Source: a virus
IMG/VR virus record: IMGVR_UViG_3300020041_000051
Coordinates: 1-6,057 of that record
Strand: one strand, 5' to 3'
DNA: 6,057 nucleotides
Part shown: positions 1 to 4,394 of the stretch, piece after piece
Layout of the letters: each line of letters starts with the position of its first letter
Position numbering within the stretch: position 1 is the stretch's first letter
Position numbers and translations under genes: made by a program
Notes under the pieces: model-generated
Seen by the model: only the letters and a program-made list of their open reading frames with translations
Database searches by the model: none
Told to the model about the DNA's origin: nothing

Positions 1-121
1 GGGGTGGTACAACTGGAGAGGCACCCAAAAACGATGTAAACGAACGGTGAAAGGATTAAACGTCGGAACAGCAAGAGGATTACTACGAACATCAATGCCC
101 TGCTCAATAGAGACACGGTCA
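1..121. repeat. Terminal redundancy, left copy (identical to 5937..6057); end overlap of a circular genome
   Basis: A base-by-base comparison shows 1..121 equals 5937..6057 exactly. The repeat runs to both window edges, and a single ORF (capsid) reads through it in frame. Confidence 0.95.
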
Positions 122-249
122 CGGGCGTTAATAAAATCAATACGCACCGGATACAAAATACCCGGCGTACATGTAAAGGCTTTACTCTCAGGGACATCGT
201 AGCGAGAATAGCCATTTACGGCATGCGAAATAAAAGGTTGTTTTCCCAT
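1..249 (-). CDS. VP1: Major capsid protein VP1/F, 5' portion (N-terminal 83 aa); continues at 5936 across the circular junction
   Basis: The reverse complement of 249..1 reads ATG GGA AAA and gives MGKQPFISHAVNGYSRYDVPESKAFTCTPGILYPVRIDFINARDRVSIEQGIDVRSNPLAVPTFNPFTVRLHRFWVPLQLYHP with no stop. Adding 5936 to these coordinates puts it in the same frame as ORF 4395..5960, whose listed MPLQLYHPE start is the GTG in WVPLQLYHPE. An in-frame TAA (253..255) one codon upstream makes ATG 249 the first possible start. The combined protein is 596 aa. Confidence 0.88.
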   Translation of the reverse strand, partial: MGKQPFISHAVNGYSRYDVPESKAFTCTPGILYPVRIDFINARDRVSIEQGIDVRSNPLAVPTFNPFTVRLHRFWVPLQLYHP

Positions 250-250
250 A

Positions 251-266
251 AATTAAATATTTAATT
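251..266. repeat. Perfect 16-bp AT-only palindrome AATTAAATATTTAATT spanning the Rep stop codon, 1 nt upstream of the capsid ATG
   Basis: Read directly: 251..266 is its own reverse complement. It contains the Rep TAA (253..255) and ends 1 nt before the capsid ATG at 249. Confidence 0.8.
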
Positions 267-1323
267 GAAGTTTATAGTGATCTCTCCAAAACTGAAGAAT
301 ATCCAAATCTAACCAGGTTGGAGGATCGAGAACGGGCATTTTCCGAGAAGAGGCAGAAAAACGCATTATTTGCTTTTGTTCCCACGTATAAGACGCTCTA
401 CGGGATACGGAGGAATTAAGATTGAACCGTTCAACACACAAAGACACAATACGCTTAACCAGAGAAGACTTGCTAAAACGTGAATAAGCATCAGCAGCGG
501 TAATCGAGCGAACAACGTCGTCTTCTGGTTTAAGATATTTAAGATAATATCGAGGGATCGAGTAATTAAAATTGATACGTTTCTCAAAATCATAATAAGA
601 CCACGACGAAACACGAGCAGAAGGACGAGGCATATAACCAAGAAAATCACCGACGCCAGCAGATATAAACTTGCGCGTGTAACGCCGATGTTGGAGGAGG
701 CAAGACAAAGGTGTAGGATTTCCATCTACGGTAACGTATTTATCCGAAATCTCTTCGGGGTTAAATTGAATTTGTTTAGTAACATACTTAACGCAATAAC
801 GAGCACGCTTATGAGTGGCTTTTGCAAGCCAAACAAAACCAAGGTCTCGAACAGCAGAACGAATCGTGTTATAAAGAACATTTGTGCCAAACAAAAAGCC
901 ATGAAAATGCAATCGAGGCTCATTTCCTGTTTCTGGGTGGATGCCAAACTCCTGGAAAAAAGCATGTTTAAACGAATGGCCAAGTTTGTGGCGTAGACGT
1001 TCATTAAATTTTCGAATAAACCAGGACGGATCAAGCAAGGCTTTGTTATAATACTCCGGGGCAATCGTTATTGTAATAAAAATAGCCTGCTGACTATCCG
1101 CCTTACAGCGAGCAAGTTCGCGCTCGAGGCGGACGAACCAATCATTGCGCTGACGACGCAGGCAGTCTTCGCACTTTCCACAAGGAACCATAAGCCACTG
1201 ACGCGCGATGTCCCAGGGGCGGAGAGCCAACGCGGACTTAGCGACATCAGAGCCATTACGACAAGGGTTCTTCTTATCAAAATAGCGACGATTGCGTATC
1301 CATATGGGCGACGAACAAGGCAT
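253..1323 (-). CDS. VP4: Replication initiation protein VP4 (phiX174 gpA-like HUH rolling-circle endonuclease)
   Basis: This is a 356-aa ORF with the three superfamily-I RCR motifs in order. They are IFITITI (aa 81-87), the HUH motif LHFHGFLF (H-F-H encoded at 901..909) and the double-tyrosine motif YCVKYVTK (Tyr codons at 796..798 and 784..786), matching the YxxKY pattern of phiX174 gpA. The N-terminus has MPCSSP and a CGKCEDC cysteine cluster (1162..1182), which I recall as typical of gokusho/alpavirus VP4. Confidence 0.9.
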   Translation of the reverse strand: MPCSSPIWIRNRRYFDKKNPCRNGSDVAKSALALRPWDIARQWLMVPCGKCEDCLRRQRNDWFVRLERELARCKADSQQAIFITITIAPEYYNKALLDPSWFIRKFNERLRHKLGHSFKHAFFQEFGIHPETGNEPRLHFHGFLFGTNVLYNTIRSAVRDLGFVWLAKATHKRARYCVKYVTKQIQFNPEEISDKYVTVDGNPTPLSCLLQHRRYTRKFISAGVGDFLGYMPRPSARVSSWSYYDFEKRINFNYSIPRYYLKYLKPEDDVVRSITAADAYSRFSKSSLVKRIVSLCVERFNLNSSVSRRASYTWEQKQIMRFSASSRKMPVLDPPTWLDLDILQFWRDHYKLQLNI

Positions 1324-1523
1324 TAATGCAGACTTTCAAGACAATCAAATTTAATTCGAGGAAGATCACGACGACAGCGGGCAAGATAGTCCCTTGCAGA
1401 GGCTTTGTCGGGAAACCAGGCGATAACAACACGTCTTTCACCGCGATATGCGCCAACAGAAAAACGATAGGATGAACTACCGACAATAGGTGAAAACTTG
1501 GGTCTAGAATTGAAATAACACAT
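1323..1523 (-). CDS. Hypothetical small basic protein (66 aa), overlapping the Rep start
   Basis: The ORF has an ATG start at 1523. Its TAA stop (1325..1323) shares one base with the Rep ATG (1323..1321), giving TAATG on the coding strand. The protein is arginine-rich, with 13 R/K against 6 D/E. I recognise no homology. Confidence 0.5.
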   Translation of the reverse strand: MCYFNSRPKFSPIVGSSSYRFSVGAYRGERRVVIAWFPDKASARDYLARCRRDLPRIKFDCLESLH

Positions 1524-1550
1524 GGTTAAAAAATGTTAACTCATACAAAA

Positions 1551-1646
1551 CGAGCCTAAGCGGGCTGCGCTGTTTCGGGCCTCGATCTCGCGTCCGCGAT
1601 ATCATCGGCTCCGGAAACACTTACTCGCCGCGCTCTTAACGGCTCG
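1551..1646. repeat. Long imperfect inverted repeat / extended hairpin (about 96 nt, GC-rich) in the main intergenic region; candidate replication-origin or priming structure
   Basis: Hand-paired arms are CGAGCC(1551-1556)/GGCTCG(1641-1646) and TAAG(1557-1560)/CTTA(1635-1638). TTTCGGGCC(1573-1581) pairs with GGCtCCgGAAA(1607-1617) with two single-nt bulges. The apical hairpin is GATcTCGC-GTCC-GCGAtATC (1584-1603). The region between 1561 and 1572 pairs ambiguously. Confidence 0.6.
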
Positions 1647-1665
1647 AAGGATATATAATAACGAG

Positions 1666-1698
1666 GGAACCTGCAGGAGAAGAGTCTCCCACAGGTCC
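1666..1698 (-). terminator. Stem-loop 44 nt downstream of the 107-aa ORF stop; weak terminator-like or part of the origin region
   Basis: The inner stem is GGAGA(1676-1680)/TCTCC(1685-1689) with loop AGAG. The outer stem is GG-ACCTG(1666-1673)/CAGGTCC(1692-1698), with one bulge and a 2x2 internal loop. On the coding strand it is followed by the A/T-rich TTATTATATAT, not a clean U-run. Confidence 0.3.
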
Positions 1699-1741
1699 AC
1701 TGCATCAAAGAACTCTTCCACCAAGCGGGCGGGTTACAACT

Positions 1742-2065
1742 TTAGTTCCCTTTCCCTTCTTCTTTCGTCGCGCCTTCATCATAGTTGAGATCAAAATTAA
1801 ACATAAGAACAATTGTATTGTCGAAAAACTCGACGCTGAAGCCTGAAAAGTCACCACAGGCGGCAATAAGGTCGGCTATCTCCGAGTGATTGACGTAAAG
1901 CGAGTCGCTAATATCCGAACACTTAAAGAAGCACGCAATAGGAGTGTTCGCAAAAGCGCCAAGAGAGAGTGGGTCAAACTGGCCATCCTTGAAGCGGCCG
2001 ATCTGGGCGAGGTCAATCTTAAGGGCCGGATTAATTCGACGGATAACAACATGAATCTGTGTCAT
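1742..2065 (-). CDS. Hypothetical acidic protein (107 aa)
   Basis: The ORF has an ATG start at 2065 and a TAA stop at 1742..1744. It begins 11 nt after the stop of the upstream ORF. The composition is varied and protein-like with a net negative charge, and no competing ORF exists in another frame. No family is recognised. Confidence 0.55.
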   Translation of the reverse strand: MTQIHVVIRRINPALKIDLAQIGRFKDGQFDPLSLGAFANTPIACFFKCSDISDSLYVNHSEIADLIAACGDFSGFSVEFFDNTIVLMFNFDLNYDEGATKEEGKGN

Positions 2066-2076
2066 AGTAATGTGAT

Positions 2077-2397
2077 TTAAAATTTTCCTTTAAATTCATC
2101 GCAAAAGCGCCCCCAAGCGGCAGACTCAGCACGCCAAAAGTCAGAGCCTTCGGGGGTCGAAGCAAAAAAGAACGAAGAAGTGATAAGACTACGCGGGCTA
2201 AAACCGAAACCGCGAAGAGAATGCCGAATATGGGAATGCAGATGGTCGCGGAAACTCTTGTAGGGCATAAAAGCATGCTTGTAATTCGCCTTAAAAGCGG
2301 AAAATGTTCCTCGACGAACAAGCCACTCAATGAAAGCATACTCGATAACATCGGCTAACAACTCATTGGTCCTAGAACTTTTACTTACTTTTTTCAT
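2077..2397 (-). CDS. Hypothetical basic, His-rich protein (106 aa)
   Basis: The ORF has an ATG start at 2397 as the first gene after an 80-nt intergenic gap, and a TAA stop at 2077..2079. It has about 17 R/K against 10 D/E, plus an HLHSHIRH stretch. I prefer it over the overlapping +1-frame ORF 2031..2351, which is L/S/R-rich like an off-frame translation. Confidence 0.55.
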   Translation of the reverse strand: MKKVSKSSRTNELLADVIEYAFIEWLVRRGTFSAFKANYKHAFMPYKSFRDHLHSHIRHSLRGFGFSPRSLITSSFFFASTPEGSDFWRAESAAWGRFCDEFKGKF

Positions 2398-2423
2398 GAT
2401 AGTATGGTTATTGGTTTACGATA

Positions 2424-2431
2424 CAAATATA
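2424..2431 (-). promoter_or_regulatory. Candidate Bacteroides-type -7 promoter element (TATATTTG, matching TAnnTTTG)
   Basis: Plus-strand CAAATATA is TATATTTG on the coding strand. It sits in the 2398..2477 intergenic gap, 26 nt upstream of the ATG at 2397. I found no well-spaced TTTG -33 element. Five TAnnTTTG matches occur genome-wide on this strand, so chance is possible. Confidence 0.3.
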
Positions 2432-2477
2432 CAATACGGAAGAAAGGAATAAAAGATCAAAAGGTCGAATAAGTTGT

Positions 2478-3758
2478 TTATTTTTTCCCAAAAAAATCCC
2501 GACGAACATAAGTACCACCGACTTGATTACCTGAAGGGCCGTAGAATTCTCTCATTTCCTGATAACCTTCAGGGCCTGCAGGGCCTGCGGCCTTGCGACC
2601 GACATACGAAGCGCCGGCAATACCTGCGGCAGTAGCAAAAGCCTTTGTAACATCATAAAACAGAGCGTTTTTGTTCTTGCGAATCGCAAACCAGTTACCG
2701 GCCAGGGACTGGCGACCTTCACCAAGATCAAGACCACGAAGATAAGAGTAATATTCGCGACCTGTAATCTCCTCGAATTCTCCAGTAGGTTCACCCTTCT
2801 CGTTAACCAGGGGAACCTTTACAGGCGTTTCCCAGGTGACTTCAAACATGTGTTGCATATCCTTCTGCTGAATGTCAAGAATATCAGCATGAGAACGGGA
2901 CTCACGTGCGGAAGCGTTAGCAGCATCGGCGACAGCGCGAAGATAGGCAAGGTTGGCAGCAGCAGACTGTTCGAGAAGAGGAATTTCAGCATCATTTTCA
3001 GCACGAATACGCCTAGTACGCTCAACCTGTTCAGCATAAGCAGACTGAATGCGCTGGAAATCATACGTGGCAGCGAGATCTGCATACTTGTTGTAGGCCT
3101 CCTGATTAATAGCCAACTCGCCATAATAACGAGCGAGCGAAGACTGACTGTCGATGTTAGCTTGCTTTAGTTGCTTCTCGAGTTCGATAAGGGCCTGACC
3201 TTGTTCCTTGGTGGGCATCTTGTTACGAATGTCATCAGCCTGGGCATTATCGAGATTAGCAGCAGCCTTATTACGTTCGATGGTCGAATTAACACCCATG
3301 GCCTCGAGAGCAGCACCTGCAGCGGCAGAACCAGCGCCAGGAGGCAGAGGACTGGAGAAGTCAAAAGAGCCGCCTGAAGGGCCGGAAGCACCGACGGAGC
3401 CCGAAGAACCGCCAGACATAGTAGCATTGACGCCGACGCCTGAAGAGCCTAAGACGGCAGCAGGGGTAACACCGGCTTTCAAATAACGATCGAAAACCTT
3501 CGCAGGGTCATTATAAGCATTCTCGTAATCAAACTGCTTCTGCCAATTAGCATAGTTGATTTCACCTTGTTTTTGCATCTGCTCCAAAGCATACTGCTGT
3601 TGAAGCCTCATTTGCTTCTGCTGATATTTCCATTGTCTCTTGAGCGAGGGCTTGAATAGGCCAGAGGCGACCTGACCGCCAGCAGAAATGCCAGCAGCGC
3701 CAAGTATAGCACCTGTGGAAACAGGCTCGACGTAGGACTTGAAATCAATAAGTCTCAT
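2478..3758 (-). CDS. VP2: Minor capsid / DNA pilot protein VP2 (phiX174 gpH analogue)
   Basis: This is a 426-aa ORF. It has an N-terminal Gly/Ala-rich hydrophobic segment (GAILGAAGISAGGQVASGLF) followed by a Q/K-rich helical stretch. The motif DRYLKAGVTPAAVLG resembles the conserved AG(L/V)NP-type motif I recall in gokushovirus VP2. A G/S/A low-complexity linker is encoded around 3309..3452, followed by a long A/E/Q-rich helical region. Its size and its position after the capsid module fit VP2. Confidence 0.75.
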   Translation of the reverse strand: MRLIDFKSYVEPVSTGAILGAAGISAGGQVASGLFKPSLKRQWKYQQKQMRLQQQYALEQMQKQGEINYANWQKQFDYENAYNDPAKVFDRYLKAGVTPAAVLGSSGVGVNATMSGGSSGSVGASGPSGGSFDFSSPLPPGAGSAAAGAALEAMGVNSTIERNKAAANLDNAQADDIRNKMPTKEQGQALIELEKQLKQANIDSQSSLARYYGELAINQEAYNKYADLAATYDFQRIQSAYAEQVERTRRIRAENDAEIPLLEQSAAANLAYLRAVADAANASARESRSHADILDIQQKDMQHMFEVTWETPVKVPLVNEKGEPTGEFEEITGREYYSYLRGLDLGEGRQSLAGNWFAIRKNKNALFYDVTKAFATAAGIAGASYVGRKAAGPAGPEGYQEMREFYGPSGNQVGGTYVRRDFFGKK

Positions 3759-3759
3759 A

Positions 3760-3951
3760 TTACGGAAGCGAAAAATTGTTCGAACGAATAATGTAGTCTA
3801 CGCGAACAGTATCAATATGAACACCTGTTCGAGCAACCTTTGCCTGTGCAGAACACGAGGACAAGAAAAAGGCAGCCAAAGCAGCGACAATGGACGAAAC
3901 GAGCGTCCAAAACGCCTTCGACTTATAGAATGGTTGTTTAACATCAGACAT
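3760..3951 (-). CDS. Small predicted lipoprotein (63 aa precursor, about 31 aa mature)
   Basis: From ATG 3951 the ORF reads MSDVKQPFYKSKAFWTLVSSIVAALAAFFLSSC|SAQAKVARTGVHIDTVRVDYIIRSNNFSLP. This gives a Lys-containing n-region, a hydrophobic h-region and the lipobox L-S-S-C (Cys codon 3853..3855), matching [LVI][ASTVI][GAS]C. The TAA stop at 3760..3762 lies 1 nt before the VP2 ATG. The ORF track's longer 98-aa version starts at a GTG (4056) and would bury the signal peptide internally. Confidence 0.55.
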   Translation of the reverse strand: MSDVKQPFYKSKAFWTLVSSIVAALAAFFLSSCSAQAKVARTGVHIDTVRVDYIIRSNNFSLP

Positions 3952-3974
3952 GATAGTAAGATTTAAAGAACGAT

Positions 3975-4054
3975 AGAAAAATGCGCGGCCTCTCCTGCAG
4001 TCGTTACCAATAACCTTTAGCAATTCACGAACTTTTGCAAAAAGGGGTCCGCGC
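3975..4054 (-). terminator. Terminator-like structured element between the capsid/acidic-ORF module and the lipoprotein gene
   Basis: On the coding strand, GCGCGGaCC (plus 4046-4054) pairs with GGCCGCGC (plus 3983-3990). That is 8 bp of GC with one bulge, extendable through CCCC/GGAGAGG. It is followed immediately by ATTTTTCT (plus 3975-3982). The enclosed loop is about 55 nt, contains the palindrome TTTTGCAAAA (4033-4042) and CCTTT/AAAGG pairing, and is atypically large for an intrinsic terminator. Confidence 0.3.
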
Positions 4055-4085
4055 ACGTAGCATATATCGTCAAGTAAAGAATATA

Positions 4086-4382
4086 CTATTTTTCTTCAGA
4101 ATTAGAGGATTTAGAAGTAGGCTTCGACCTATCCAACTCTGAATCAATAAGTTCCTGTCCGACCTCGAGACCGTCGAACTTATCCATGCGGGAAAAGGAG
4201 TTCGGGTCAAAATCAATCTCGGGGTTGAACTTCTCACCCTTATCAAAATCAGAGGACGAAGCCTCAACATCTGGACGACCAGGAAGGACGTCGACGGAGC
4301 CAGAACCATCGAGGACGGACATTATTCGCTGTCCACGGGAAACATACTGAGGAGCATCCTCAATCAACCAATCAAGAGGCAT
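4086..4382 (-). CDS. Hypothetical strongly acidic protein (98 aa); possible scaffolding-type protein
   Basis: The ORF has an ATG start at 4382, 12 nt after the capsid stop, and a TAG stop at 4086..4088. It has 22 D/E against 11 R/K. Its position directly downstream of the capsid gene is suggestive. No family is recognised, so the functional label is inference only. Confidence 0.55.
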   Translation of the reverse strand: MPLDWLIEDAPQYVSRGQRIMSVLDGSGSVDVLPGRPDVEASSSDFDKGEKFNPEIDFDPNSFSRMDKFDGLEVGQELIDSELDRSKPTSKSSNSEEK

Positions 4383-4394
4383 AATAGAAAAGTA

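Noticed and set aside
1-121. The 121-nt terminal direct repeat as a biological DTR/LTR or a mobile-element end
   Set aside because: The capsid ORF reads straight through the repeat and needs the junction to be complete. The identity is perfect and is truncated by the window edges, as expected for the overlap of a circular contig.
366-1280. Three consecutive minus-strand ORFs (366..725, 726..1064, 1068..1280) inside Rep
   Set aside because: They share a single +1 frame interrupted by stops and have L/S/R/I-rich, off-frame-like sequences. They fit the genome-wide lack of +1-frame stops rather than a phiX174 B/K-style nested gene.
1277-1486. 69-aa hydrophobic ORF overlapping the 66-aa ORF and the Rep start
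   Set aside because: Its start is a TTG (1486..1484) and it lies in the +1 frame of 1323..1523. The ATG-initiated ORF that overlaps the Rep start is the better model. A membrane protein cannot be fully excluded.
1651-1664. ATATATAATAAC resembling the AT-rich core of the phiX174 origin (ATATTAATAAC)
   Set aside because: The similarity is short and AT-only, and it lies on the window plus strand, which is the non-coding (non-packaged) strand here. phiX174 gpA nicks the viral strand. I kept it only as part of the candidate-origin region.
2031-2351. 106-aa ORF overlapping 2077..2397 and the start of 1742..2065
   Set aside because: It is in the +1 frame of the preferred ORF, is L/S/R-rich, and would overlap two genes. 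The ORF 2077..2397 starts cleanly after the intergenic gap.
2478-2510. T7 and A6 homopolymer runs (GAT TTT TTT GGG AAA AAA TAA) at the VP2 3' end as a possible -1 frameshift site
   Set aside because: T TTT TTT is formally slippery, but it lies four codons from the stop, I saw no downstream stimulatory structure, and the -1 frame adds only about 25 codons of AT-rich intergenic sequence. It is more likely just the FFGKK C-terminus.
2552-3427. Minus-strand ORFs 2552..2794, 2819..3124 and 3167..3427 inside VP2
   Set aside because: They follow the same +1-frame pattern with the same leucine-rich off-frame composition, and there is no independent start context.
3952-4056. N-terminal extension of the lipoprotein ORF to a GTG at 4056 (98-aa version in the track)
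   Set aside because: The extension would place the signal peptide about 35 residues into the protein, and it covers the terminator-like structure. ATG 3951 gives a canonical lipoprotein precursor. This remains unproven without conservation data.
4070-4309. 79-aa ORF overlapping the acidic 98-aa ORF
   Set aside because: It is a +1-frame shadow with L/R/S-rich composition. The ORF 4086..4382 has an ATG 12 nt after the capsid stop.
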